This document shows positions 39,469 to 48,494 of a stretch of DNA of 64,000 bases, piece by piece. The stretch's first letter is position 1. Every line of letters begins with the position of its first letter. Under the pieces are notes generated by a model, which saw only the letters and a program-made list of their open reading frames with translations, did no database searches and was not told the DNA's origin. Made by a program: the position numbers and the translations under genes. The stretch lies in the IMG/VR virus record IMGVR_UViG_3300046536_000256, positions 62,001 to 126,000 of that record; one strand, 5' to 3'.

Positions 39469-41250
39469 ATGGAACCAAATAGCTCACCCATAATTGCTAA
39501 AGTGTGCAAACATGCCGCTCAGTCGATTAATCGTTTTGACAAAAGTAAAGATTTGCTGTGTGCCAAGATCACCAATATTCATGAAGATGGCTCACGCTCC
39601 AATTCGCTGATAGCCCTTGAGAATTACAAGACGCCTATCTGGATCGTTAAGGAAGATAAGCGTAAGTTCAAACAGCACAAAGATTACATCGAAGAAACCA
39701 TGTGCAAAGAGTACAAGGTACCTCGTTGTCAGTTGGCCGCCGCAATCAACAAGTTCTATTATGGCCGGGTTGATAGCTCTTATGACATTCGTCAGGCTAA
39801 GAACAACCCCCACGTATTCGGGTTAGACCAAACCCCTCCAGTTCACTTCAAACGCAAGTACTTTGAGCGTTACGGCGACCATCAGGAAACTGAGGCTTAC
39901 AGCTTAGCGGCTTACGACGTTGAAGGCGACATGTTCAAGAAGGGCGTGCCGGTCATGATGGCCTCGGTAACCTTCAAGACCAAAGCCTACTTCGCAGCCT
40001 GCCGTGGTTGGTATTCGGAGAAGGCTGGTAAACGCTTAACCGATGCCGAGATCCTCAATGGCTTGAAGGAAGCCGAATACGCTCACTTGTCGGGACACCT
40101 TAAACGTCGTAACTGTACTGTTGAGTATGAACTCTTCGATACAGCCGGTCAGGTAGTTAAAGCGTGCATTGACAAGATGCATACGTGGCAGCCAGATTGG
40201 GTAGCCGCTTGGAACGCAGCTTACGACATGCAGGCTAACGAAGATGCATTGTTGGCTGACGGTTACAACTTGGCCGACGTGTATTCCGATCCGAGCATTC
40301 CAAAAGAGTACCGGTCGTATAAGTTTCACCCGGGTCGCACACACAAGCATAAAGAAGATGGCACGAAGATGCCGTTGGAATGGCAAGAGCGTTTCCCAAC
40401 GATTCGCACCATGGCCACTTGGCAAATGGCGGACGCTGGTTCGTTCTACGCGATTAAGCGGCAGCCGGTTGAAGGTAAGCTTCAGGATACGTCGTTACAA
40501 GGCATTGCTACAAAAGAAGACGTGCCAGGCAAGCTGTACACCGCAGAAGGCGCTGAGCAAGGTGTAGGGTCGCCGCAGTGGCACCGTTACATGCAGAAGA
40601 ACTTCCCGTACATCTACTCCATGTACAACATCTGCGATAACTTTGTAATTGAAGAGATCAATGAGAAGACCAGTGACTTCAGTCTCTCGTTACCGATGCT
40701 GTTGAAATACTCGGAATACTTCAACTACGTCTCTCAGCCAAGCATGATCTCGGATACCCTGTCGTTCATGGCAAGAGAGCGTGGGTTTGTGTGGGGGTCG
40801 ACTCCAAGCAACCGGGATAAACAGTTCTCTGAGAAACTCCCAACTCTGGGCGATTGGATTGCGTTGCTCGATACTGAGAAGAACGCCTCGTTTGGTAAAC
40901 CGTTGTTTGCGGGTCTGGACGATGTGTTCAGTAACGGTCGAACAGATACGTCAGACATTGACGTGGAAGGTGCATACCCAACAGCTACACTGGCATTGAA
41001 TGCCGGGGGTAAGACGACCATGGCAGAGGTCTACGGGATTCAGGGCGCAGACCCCATGAAGTTCCGGGAGATCGCGGTGAACTATGCCAGTAGTACGCAG
41101 GCTAACGCATTCGGGTTGTGTCATGACCTGTTCCGTTTCCCTGCCCCTAAAGATCTGAAGAAGGTCTTTGAAGCGGCATTGATTGCACAAGGCAAAGAAG
41201 AAGAACTGAAGAAACTGCAAGAAAACGAAGCAATGAAAAGAGCCGCCTAG
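39469..41250 (+). CDS. Split family-B DNA polymerase, exonuclease-containing half (gp82-like)
   Basis: ExoI YDVE, ExoII WNAAYD, ExoIII YNICD and a motif-A-like DIDVEGAYP near the C-terminus. Confidence 0.85.
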   Translation: MEPNSSPIIAKVCKHAAQSINRFDKSKDLLCAKITNIHEDGSRSNSLIALENYKTPIWIVKEDKRKFKQHKDYIEETMCKEYKVPRCQLAAAINKFYYGRVDSSYDIRQAKNNPHVFGLDQTPPVHFKRKYFERYGDHQETEAYSLAAYDVEGDMFKKGVPVMMASVTFKTKAYFAACRGWYSEKAGKRLTDAEILNGLKEAEYAHLSGHLKRRNCTVEYELFDTAGQVVKACIDKMHTWQPDWVAAWNAAYDMQANEDALLADGYNLADVYSDPSIPKEYRSYKFHPGRTHKHKEDGTKMPLEWQERFPTIRTMATWQMADAGSFYAIKRQPVEGKLQDTSLQGIATKEDVPGKLYTAEGAEQGVGSPQWHRYMQKNFPYIYSMYNICDNFVIEEINEKTSDFSLSLPMLLKYSEYFNYVSQPSMISDTLSFMARERGFVWGSTPSNRDKQFSEKLPTLGDWIALLDTEKNASFGKPLFAGLDDVFSNGRTDTSDIDVEGAYPTATLALNAGGKTTMAEVYGIQGADPMKFREIAVNYASSTQANAFGLCHDLFRFPAPKDLKKVFEAALIAQGKEEELKKLQENEAMKRAA

Positions 41251-41257
41251 CAGCCAT

Positions 41258-41297
41258 ACCCTCACCCATTCCCCTTTGTCGGGGAATGGGTGAGGGT
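41258..41297. terminator. Bidirectional terminator
   Basis: accctcacccattcccc tttgtc ggggaatgggtgagggt. Confidence 0.85.
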
Positions 41298-41310
41298 TAT
41301 TCACGGTTGG

Positions 41311-42303
41311 TTACTTCACGTAGTTGGTTTTCAGCCAGTTACTGAATTTGACGCAGTCACTAATGGCGTCTTCCAGGTACTGGTTGAGTTTGACCAGTGC
41401 TTGCAGGAACTCTTTACCAGCGGCCAAATCGCTCTTAAGCTTAGGGAGTTCCTTGTCATTCTTCTTGGTAGCCTTGACACGTTTCTCCAGATCGCTGATC
41501 GCGCTTTGCAGGTTGCTTTTGATACGGTCCAGCGGAACACGCGCATCCTTCATACGACCTAGGTACTTCTTGACCTCGAACTGGCTCTCGAGTGCTTTAA
41601 CAAAGCCGTCAATCGAGATGGCCTTGCGGAGTACCTTGTCTCGATCAACGTGTTCCATTTTGCCCAAGGCGATGTGCAGCTCGTCGTGAAGATTTTCGAA
41701 AGTAGTGCCTTTATACTTCCCTTCTTCGGACGGGTCGGCGATGGCGGTCAGCTTCTGGCTGGTGCGCTCGGCTTTGTCGACCAAATCGCTAAGCTCAGCG
41801 CGGCGCTTACCATTCATAGCCTCCCATTCTTCTTCTTCCTTCTTCCACTTAGCGTCACGTTCCGCTTTCTTCTTGGCCGCTTCCTCGTCGTCAGCCTTGT
41901 TTTCAGCCTTATTCTTGGCGATTTGGTCATCAAGTTCTTGATGACGCTTCTTCATTTCCTCGGCGTTACTTTCAACGCGAGTAATGGCGGCGGTTTCTTT
42001 CTTGGCAATCGCATCGTCGCTGCTACCGAAGAAGAAGTTCCAGATTCCCTTGAAGAGCTTGGCGATGAAATCCCAAACAGCCTGAAGACCATTGCCGATC
42101 GCCCCGAAGAAGCTCTCGTTACCAGCAACTCGTTCAGCACGAGAGAGCGCGCCATCTGCTTCCAGGATGGAGTAAACGTAAACCTGAGCAGGCACCAGGG
42201 AATAACTTTCCGAACCGTTCAGCCGATCCAGAGAAGCTGTCAAAGCATCGAAAGCCATACCAACGTGGCCTGCGTCCGAAACACCGTAATCTTCATTGCT
42301 CAT
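41311..42303 (-). CDS. Internal head protein, tandem paralog 3
   Basis: Shared propeptide with NGSE and AGNE sites, followed by SFFGAIGNGLQAVWDFIAKLFKGIWNFFF. Confidence 0.75.
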   Translation of the reverse strand: MSNEDYGVSDAGHVGMAFDALTASLDRLNGSESYSLVPAQVYVYSILEADGALSRAERVAGNESFFGAIGNGLQAVWDFIAKLFKGIWNFFFGSSDDAIAKKETAAITRVESNAEEMKKRHQELDDQIAKNKAENKADDEEAAKKKAERDAKWKKEEEEWEAMNGKRRAELSDLVDKAERTSQKLTAIADPSEEGKYKGTTFENLHDELHIALGKMEHVDRDKVLRKAISIDGFVKALESQFEVKKYLGRMKDARVPLDRIKSNLQSAISDLEKRVKATKKNDKELPKLKSDLAAGKEFLQALVKLNQYLEDAISDCVKFSNWLKTNYVK

Positions 42304-42319
42304 GATGTAACCTCGTGAA

Positions 42320-43411
42320 TTAAGCGTGCGCCATACCGAACAGGCGCATGATGGTTGTACTGATCTGCTTCAGGCCTTCATCGCAGGTTTCAATCTGCTT
42401 GGCCAGGCGGGTGGTCAGACTCAGGAAGATCTTGCACGCGGTCAGGTCCTTACGGAACTGGGCTTCTTCGGCCGAGTTCCCTCGTTTACCAGCGATAGCG
42501 ACTTGCTTCTCGAGCAGCTTGACCTTGCTGATAATCGGACCCTTCTGCGCCACGATGAACAAACGCTGACCACCTAGGTCAGTGTGCAGCATACGCGTGA
42601 TGATAGTCTGCGCCGCGATTGCATCTTTGAGGTTGTGGATCCTCGAGAACTCAGCGATGTCGAGCCCATTGGAATCTTGCAGGTCGGTGTGGAAGCTGTG
42701 GTACATCGACTCGAATTCAGTACCCGCGAACTGAGCAGACTCGTCCTTCATCACCATGGTGTTGAAGTCTTCGGTGATCTTGTTCACCCGGGTTACCTGC
42801 TCAATCAGGTGTTGCTTCTGACGGCGGTTCAAACGACCAACTGCTTCGGCGACTTCCTTAACAGCGTGGGCTTTTTCGGCAGGTGTGGGGTGCTCGGGGA
42901 CCTTGTCGATAATAGCTTTCACCTGAGCGGCTTCGGCAGGCGTTGCGTCAGAGGACCCCATGAACTTATCCAGGGCCTCAACACTATCGATGTGTGCCAT
43001 CTTTGTCCAAGTGGCGTCGGTTGTCGGCGTAGGCTTGGCTACCAGCACGCTGGAGAGGGAATCCGCGTTGACCTTGACCTTGATCTCGGTCTTCTTGGTC
43101 TTCTGCTCAGCAGAGTTCTCCGAGGTGCCAAAGAAGAAAGAGGAGATGCCATTGAACATCTTCATGATGTAATTCCAGATGGCTTTCAAACCATCCCCAA
43201 TTGCACCAAAGAAACTTTCGTTACCATCCACCTTCTGCTGGTGGGTGAGGTCGTCGCCAGCGCCCAGTACTGCAAAGGCGTATTGCTGAGCCCGCGTCAA
43301 CCCAAAGCCTTCGCTGCCGGTAACACCGTCGAGGGTGTCGGTGATAGCTTCGAACATGAGTTCCAGGTGTTCAACACCAGCAACACCGTAATCTTCTTGT
43401 ACATCATCCAT
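42320..43411 (-). CDS. Internal head protein, tandem paralog 2
   Basis: TGSE and DGNE sites, followed by SFFGAIGDGLKAIWNYIMKMFNGISSFFF. Confidence 0.75.
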   Translation of the reverse strand: MDDVQEDYGVAGVEHLELMFEAITDTLDGVTGSEGFGLTRAQQYAFAVLGAGDDLTHQQKVDGNESFFGAIGDGLKAIWNYIMKMFNGISSFFFGTSENSAEQKTKKTEIKVKVNADSLSSVLVAKPTPTTDATWTKMAHIDSVEALDKFMGSSDATPAEAAQVKAIIDKVPEHPTPAEKAHAVKEVAEAVGRLNRRQKQHLIEQVTRVNKITEDFNTMVMKDESAQFAGTEFESMYHSFHTDLQDSNGLDIAEFSRIHNLKDAIAAQTIITRMLHTDLGGQRLFIVAQKGPIISKVKLLEKQVAIAGKRGNSAEEAQFRKDLTACKIFLSLTTRLAKQIETCDEGLKQISTTIMRLFGMAHA

Positions 43412-43447
43412 GGTGGATTCCCCAGTTAAGCAAATATAAAGGAATAG

Positions 43448-43477
43448 GCCGGGATAACCTTTTACAGTTATCCCGGC
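43448..43477 (-). terminator. Hairpin terminator
   Basis: gccgggataac...gttatcccggc. Confidence 0.7.
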
Positions 43478-43487
43478 TTAACGGTTG

Positions 43488-44555
43488 TTACAGGCAGAAC
43501 ACGCGCTTGGTGGCCTTTTTCAAGGTCAAGATGTCTTCGACGCTGGTTTTGACGTGGTGAGCGAAGCCGCTGCAATACGCCAGGATCACGCGCAGTTGAC
43601 CCAACAGAGTCGTTGCGGTTTTGTTTTCGGCGGTGGACTCTTTCAGCTGTTTCTCGCACTCGGCGATTTGCTTGGAGATGGTGTTCTTCTGATCGTTCAT
43701 CGCCTTGACCGCTTTCTTGGCCTCGTCGATGTCGTTGATCATCGCCTGAGCAACGCTCTTGGCTTTGTTCAGATCGCCCAGCTCTTTGATTTCTTCCAGC
43801 TGGTCCAGGAATTTCTTGCTGGCCGTGATGAACGGGTTCATCTTCTGGAACATTTCCCAAGCCAGACCGTGTTCAGCCCCGCCGACCATGGACTTCTTCT
43901 TGGAGTCTTCATGGAACGCCAGGAGTTTGGTCAGCTTGTCAACAATGCGCTGGACAGCCTTGACGAAAGCGGCTTGGCCATCTTTGTTGAACTTCGGCGC
44001 TTCATGGCCGATCATCAAGATGACTTCTTTCTGCTCGGCGGGAGTTTTGGCTTTCTTCTCGCGTTCCAGCAGGCTGTTGACGATGGTCAGTTCGGCGCCA
44101 GTGGCGGTTTGCGCGAGGGACTCGAGGCGACCTTTCATGGTGCTGATCTGGTCGGCGATTTCTTTCTCGCTACCCTTGCCGATCTCGTCGAGCTCTTTCT
44201 TGAACTCGGTGACGTCTTCTTTGGCTTTGTCGAGCAGAGCCGGGGCGTCACGGTTGAAGAAGAAACCCCACAGGCCTTTGAACATCTTGACGATGTATTC
44301 GTAGACCGATTTAGCGCCGGTGGCGATCGAACCGAAGAACGATTCGTTACCGCCGACCGAGCTGGCTTTGATAGCACCGCTGGCCATCAGAACGCCTTCA
44401 GCATAACGCTGAGCTTCGGTCAGACCAAAGCCTTCACTGCCGGTAACACCGTTGACAGTGTCGTCCAGTGCATCGAACATGATCTCGATGTGGGGACGGT
44501 CACTGACGTCAAAGCCTTCGTTTTCATCACCTGGAGCAATATCAAGAGGATCCAT
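43488..44555 (-). CDS. Internal head protein, tandem paralog 1
   Basis: TGSE and GGNE sites, followed by SFFGSIATGAKSVYEYIVKMFKGLWGFFF. Confidence 0.75.
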   Translation of the reverse strand: MDPLDIAPGDENEGFDVSDRPHIEIMFDALDDTVNGVTGSEGFGLTEAQRYAEGVLMASGAIKASSVGGNESFFGSIATGAKSVYEYIVKMFKGLWGFFFNRDAPALLDKAKEDVTEFKKELDEIGKGSEKEIADQISTMKGRLESLAQTATGAELTIVNSLLEREKKAKTPAEQKEVILMIGHEAPKFNKDGQAAFVKAVQRIVDKLTKLLAFHEDSKKKSMVGGAEHGLAWEMFQKMNPFITASKKFLDQLEEIKELGDLNKAKSVAQAMINDIDEAKKAVKAMNDQKNTISKQIAECEKQLKESTAENKTATTLLGQLRVILAYCSGFAHHVKTSVEDILTLKKATKRVFCL

Positions 44556-44615
44556 GGTACTTTCCTTTATTCTAATCTGGAGAAGTTGGGAGTGGGAGTA
44601 CTAAACCCCGCCGGC

Positions 44616-45272
44616 TTAAACGCTGGCGAGTTTGTTGAAGTACTGGGTGAGGTTGCGCTTGGCCTGAGGTTGCAGGCTGTTCGCCGCGTAGGTGATGTCG
44701 ATCAGCTTCTTCAGCTTGAAACGAACATTCCAGTTGATCGCGATTTTGGTCAGCACCTGCATGTACGACTGGTAGCTCTTGACGATGTCGTAGTACGGAC
44801 CTTTGTCCAGACCCACGGTAAAGCGGAACGCCAGACCATCGGTGAAGACCTGTTGGTTCGCACGGATCTGCTCCAGCAGGTAATCGGTAACGACCACGTA
44901 GCCTTCGAAATCCTGCTTCATCGAGTTACCGATCGTTTCAATGAAACTGATCTGCTCGGCGTTGCGCTCTTCAACGTTGTTGAAGCCTTCTTCGCCAGTC
45001 AAGTACTTCATGTGGCGATTGATGCGCGCGATCATGTCAGCAGTGACCAGGTTGCCTTTAGCGTTGAGCATTTTGCCCACGCCAATGACATCAGGGATCG
45101 GAGCCAGAGTAGGCTCTGCTGCTTTAACTTCAACCGCTGGAACTGGAGTCTTAATAACCGACGCCAGTGTTTGCACAGGGGCTTGTTTCGTTGGGGCGGG
45201 AACGACAGGCGCTTCAACAGCAGCACTCGTATCCTCTGTTTCTGGTTTAACGTATTCTTTATCGGTGCTCAT
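44616..45272 (-). CDS. Conserved hypothetical protein with a P/A/V-rich N-terminus
   Basis: Likely start MSTDKEY; helical C-terminal domain. Confidence 0.65.
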   Translation of the reverse strand: MSTDKEYVKPETEDTSAAVEAPVVPAPTKQAPVQTLASVIKTPVPAVEVKAAEPTLAPIPDVIGVGKMLNAKGNLVTADMIARINRHMKYLTGEEGFNNVEERNAEQISFIETIGNSMKQDFEGYVVVTDYLLEQIRANQQVFTDGLAFRFTVGLDKGPYYDIVKSYQSYMQVLTKIAINWNVRFKLKKLIDITYAANSLQPQAKRNLTQYFNKLASV

Positions 45273-45323
45273 TGAAAGGGCCCTTTCGTATGAGTAATAG
45301 GCAATATAGGACGTGATGTCATA

Positions 45324-45360
45324 GAATATCCCCAAGGAGCAAGGCCCCTTGGAGATATTC
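45324..45360 (-). terminator. Hairpin with TATG tail
   Basis: gaatatccccaagg...ccttggagatattc; minus-strand tail TATGAC. Confidence 0.65.
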
Positions 45361-45371
45361 GTAGACGTTTA

Positions 45372-45896
45372 TTACAGTTTCCCCATCCCTGCCTTTCTTG
45401 CCAACTCCAGAATTTCCTTCTCCTCTTTAGAGAGTCCAGCTTCCGGAGGTGTTGCATCGGCATCGGCTTTGGAACGTTGTGCTTCGCCCTCACTGATCGC
45501 CAGCACCAAGTCGTCCACTAAGAAAGCTGGTAGGTTCAGGTAGTCATGAAGGGGAATCACATCTTTCAACTTAGCCCGTCCGTAGTACTTACCAATGGCA
45601 TTAATCGACCACGGGTGTACAAACTCATTCTCCTTTTTAATGAAGGCAACTGAAGAATGCGGGTTAAGCTGAGATCGGTCGTAATACCCCATGTTGAAGT
45701 CATGCAGTATCCCCTCTTGGAAGTCCAACGACTCTGGTCGGTCCAGGTGTGTCGGAAGTCCAAGAAGGTTGTTGTTTACTACATGAAACTCATCGCTGAA
45801 GTGTCTCTCGAAATCTATTCCGAGATGGCTTCTTTGGTCGCGGCTGCCGCTTCGGCCGCTTGAGTCATCAGCTTCAACTGGGTAAGGGTAAAAAAA
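45372..45896 (-). CDS. Tail/baseplate assembly chaperone 'T'-like segment, probably reached by -1 frameshift from 45815..47557
   Basis: The frame is open from the T7 run at 45896-45890 to the stop at 45372; the annotated TTG start has no clear SD; contains YLNLPAFLVDDL. Confidence 0.7.
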   Translation of the reverse strand, partial: FFYPYPVEADDSSGRSGSRDQRSHLGIDFERHFSDEFHVVNNNLLGLPTHLDRPESLDFQEGILHDFNMGYYDRSQLNPHSSVAFIKKENEFVHPWSINAIGKYYGRAKLKDVIPLHDYLNLPAFLVDDLVLAISEGEAQRSKADADATPPEAGLSKEEKEILELARKAGMGKL

Positions 45897-47557
45897 GCCA
45901 TGAACGGGTCGATCGGGGTGTAGCCAAAACGACGGTCAGGGTCCTGGAACTCTTCGGTCCGCTTCTTGCACACCGGGCAGTGGTAGTTAGCCACAGCAAC
46001 GAAGGTGTGCGCCATCTGCGGCGATTTGTTCAGGATGAAGGCAGAGAGGGTCTTGTTCAGCTCACGGCTATCCAAGATCACGTCCATACAACCCTTGTTG
46101 AATTCGGACGCTTCACATTCCGAACGCTTCAACACCAGGTCTTCTTCGTCAGTACCCGGCGCGCCCACCGACACGTAGGTCTTGATCCAGTGCAGGAACT
46201 CAGTCGCACCCAGGGTAGTCAACAGCAGAGCGACCTGAGTCTTGAACTCTTTCTCGTCGATAACCTTGGAGCGAATTTCCTGGAGCTGTGGGTTGATACG
46301 ACCGGCGTAGTAGTCGTAGGTTTCGAACGCTTCAGCCATCGACGAAGGACCGACTTCGAAGTAGATCGACTTGTCAACGTTGTAGACCCGATTGCTTTCC
46401 AGGCCGTAGGTCGACTTCTCGATCATTTCCAGCGTCTGCTCAACGGTGTACTTCGCATTACCGTTGTACAGGTTGGCGTAGATCGCCGACTCTTCCGGAG
46501 TTTCGATGCTGTGACGCACACGCACCAGCTTGTCCGGATCACTGACCTGGAAGTCAGACCAGTCGCACTTGTCGTTCAGGCAACGCAGCTGGAGGTTGAC
46601 CCCGTGACTGTGGGTCGAGCGCAGCAGTGCCATGCAGATGGTGCCGAAGTCGCTGAACCGCACAACCTGAGACAGGTCCTTGAAGTCAACGATACCAGTG
46701 ACCGAACTGTTGACGATACGTGCCGCCAAGAAGTCCCAGACCACACGCATGCCAGCCATGACCGACAGAGTGACACTGTTACCGCCCACGGTACGCACGT
46801 AGCCTTTAACGGTACGGTTGATGTCGTTGACCAGCGCTGCCAGTTCCAGCTTGCTTGGACGGGTGAAGGTCAGCATGCAGTACGAATCACGCAGCAACAC
46901 GTCGAACTGGAATTCACCGTTCTCAGCACGCATCGAAGAACGACGCATTACTTCAGAAACAGAGAACCCTTTCGACGCACGACTTGGCTTCTTGCCCAGG
47001 ATGTCCGTGGTAACAATGTTGCTGCCACGGTCACTGACGTTGGAGATACCGTCTTCGTTCATGACCTTGGAACGGATCTTGATGCTGTCGACGTACTCTT
47101 CCATGAAACGGTAGAGGTCGCCGCAGATCTGCTCCATTTCTTCAGCAGTCTTGTCGGCGTGGCTCGCTTCCAAGTACTGAGCCCATTCGTTCTTGGTCGA
47201 CGCCAGCATGCCATCCGACGCTTGGCCTTGTTCGTGCAACGACTTCATTGCAGTCGTTTGCAGCCACTTGGACAGCAGGATGTTGGCACGCTCGTTGCAG
47301 TCACGAGAGTTACCCAAGAAGATCGGAAGGTAGCCGAGTTGTTTGTCCTCTTCAGTACCAGGACGAATCAACTCAGAGACCGAAGGCAGGATCTTCTTCA
47401 TCGGGGTGTTTTCAGCGGTGTGGGTTTCGCCGAAGCTGGCTTCTGCCACCGGAGCGGCTGGGGCCACTGGGACCACCGGCACTGGGGAGGCTTCAGCTGG
47501 ATCTTCCGCAACCCCGGCTTGCGTGGTGTTCGCCGGGTTGTTCTCTTGTTCACTCAT
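45815..47557 (-). CDS. Tail/baseplate hub assembly protein (T4 gp26-like chaperone)
   Basis: D...I..ALLRS...G......C....C and CPVC motifs; C-terminal ...DPFMAFF lies on a slippery run. Confidence 0.55.
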   Translation of the reverse strand: MSEQENNPANTTQAGVAEDPAEASPVPVVPVAPAAPVAEASFGETHTAENTPMKKILPSVSELIRPGTEEDKQLGYLPIFLGNSRDCNERANILLSKWLQTTAMKSLHEQGQASDGMLASTKNEWAQYLEASHADKTAEEMEQICGDLYRFMEEYVDSIKIRSKVMNEDGISNVSDRGSNIVTTDILGKKPSRASKGFSVSEVMRRSSMRAENGEFQFDVLLRDSYCMLTFTRPSKLELAALVNDINRTVKGYVRTVGGNSVTLSVMAGMRVVWDFLAARIVNSSVTGIVDFKDLSQVVRFSDFGTICMALLRSTHSHGVNLQLRCLNDKCDWSDFQVSDPDKLVRVRHSIETPEESAIYANLYNGNAKYTVEQTLEMIEKSTYGLESNRVYNVDKSIYFEVGPSSMAEAFETYDYYAGRINPQLQEIRSKVIDEKEFKTQVALLLTTLGATEFLHWIKTYVSVGAPGTDEEDLVLKRSECEASEFNKGCMDVILDSRELNKTLSAFILNKSPQMAHTFVAVANYHCPVCKKRTEEFQDPDRRFGYTPIDPFMAFFTLTQLKLMTQAAEAAAATKEAISE

Positions 47558-47583
47558 GTTCTAGCTTTCCTTAACAGGGGTGC

Positions 47584-48453
47584 TTAAGCGGTGGGTTGTT
47601 CTTGCGCCGCCAGATCCTTTTCAAGATCGGGAGTTTCCAGCAGCACGGCGTCGGAGATGTCTTCGTCGATGGTTGGATCCGACGGCATTGGGTTGGCCGG
47701 GGTGTAGGTGTGCAGCAGTTCAGCCGCGTCGCCGGCTTCGGAAACCTGGGTGTGGTAAAGCGGGAAGACCTTTTCCATGCGCTCGCAGTGCAGACCCTGC
47801 ATGTACAGGAACACACCGGCTTCTTTATTGCTGTTGTGTTCTTTGGCGTAGGTGTCGATCAGTTCCTGACGCGGAGTGAGCATGGCCATGACACTTGGAA
47901 CCGTCTGGTCGAAAAGACGCGCCAGCAGTTCGGTGTAGTTCATGAAGATCCCCATGTAGTCTTCTGGGGTCTTGCCGCTGTCCACGAACGCCACGATGGC
48001 GTTGATGTCTTCCGTCACCTTGGTGATCAGTTCATCAGTGGTGTTGATCAGGGTCTGCTCTTCAGCAGTGATCTCGAAACGCTTTTCGTCAGCCAGACGG
48101 CAGAACAGTTCGACGCCGGAGTGAACACGAATGACCGCCGGGATCACATCGTTAATGCTCTGCATCACGACGGTGTTGGTGATCTCTTCTTCGATGGCCG
48201 TTTGTTTGTCGTACTCGGCTTGGGTCATCTTGCCTTGGCGTACGCGCTTCTTCATGCTCTTCAGGCGTCGCTTGGCTTGATCAGCAATGCTTTCGTTGCT
48301 ACCGGTCTCAGCCATCAACTTGGCCATCTCACGACGACCGATGAGCTTCTTGCCGAGAGCCTCTTCTTTACGTGCGCCCACTTGTTTTTGCTTGGAGCGT
48401 TTCTGACGTTTAGCTTGTTTGTTCGCACGCAGTGAAGTTTGTTTGGTAGCCAT
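47584..48453 (-). CDS. Hypothetical protein with a very basic N-terminus and an acidic C-terminus
   Basis: 289-aa ORF with good codon bias. Confidence 0.75.
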   Translation of the reverse strand: MATKQTSLRANKQAKRQKRSKQKQVGARKEEALGKKLIGRREMAKLMAETGSNESIADQAKRRLKSMKKRVRQGKMTQAEYDKQTAIEEEITNTVVMQSINDVIPAVIRVHSGVELFCRLADEKRFEITAEEQTLINTTDELITKVTEDINAIVAFVDSGKTPEDYMGIFMNYTELLARLFDQTVPSVMAMLTPRQELIDTYAKEHNSNKEAGVFLYMQGLHCERMEKVFPLYHTQVSEAGDAAELLHTYTPANPMPSDPTIDEDISDAVLLETPDLEKDLAAQEQPTA

Positions 48454-48494
48454 ATGCTATGTTCCTTTTAATTAACAGCCATGGTAAAGCCCCA

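Noticed and set aside
45372-45728. Independent 118-aa gene starting at TTG 45728
   Set aside because: There is no clear SD and the frame stays open back to the slippery heptamer, so frameshift entry is preferred. An internal ATG (MGYYD) start cannot be fully excluded.
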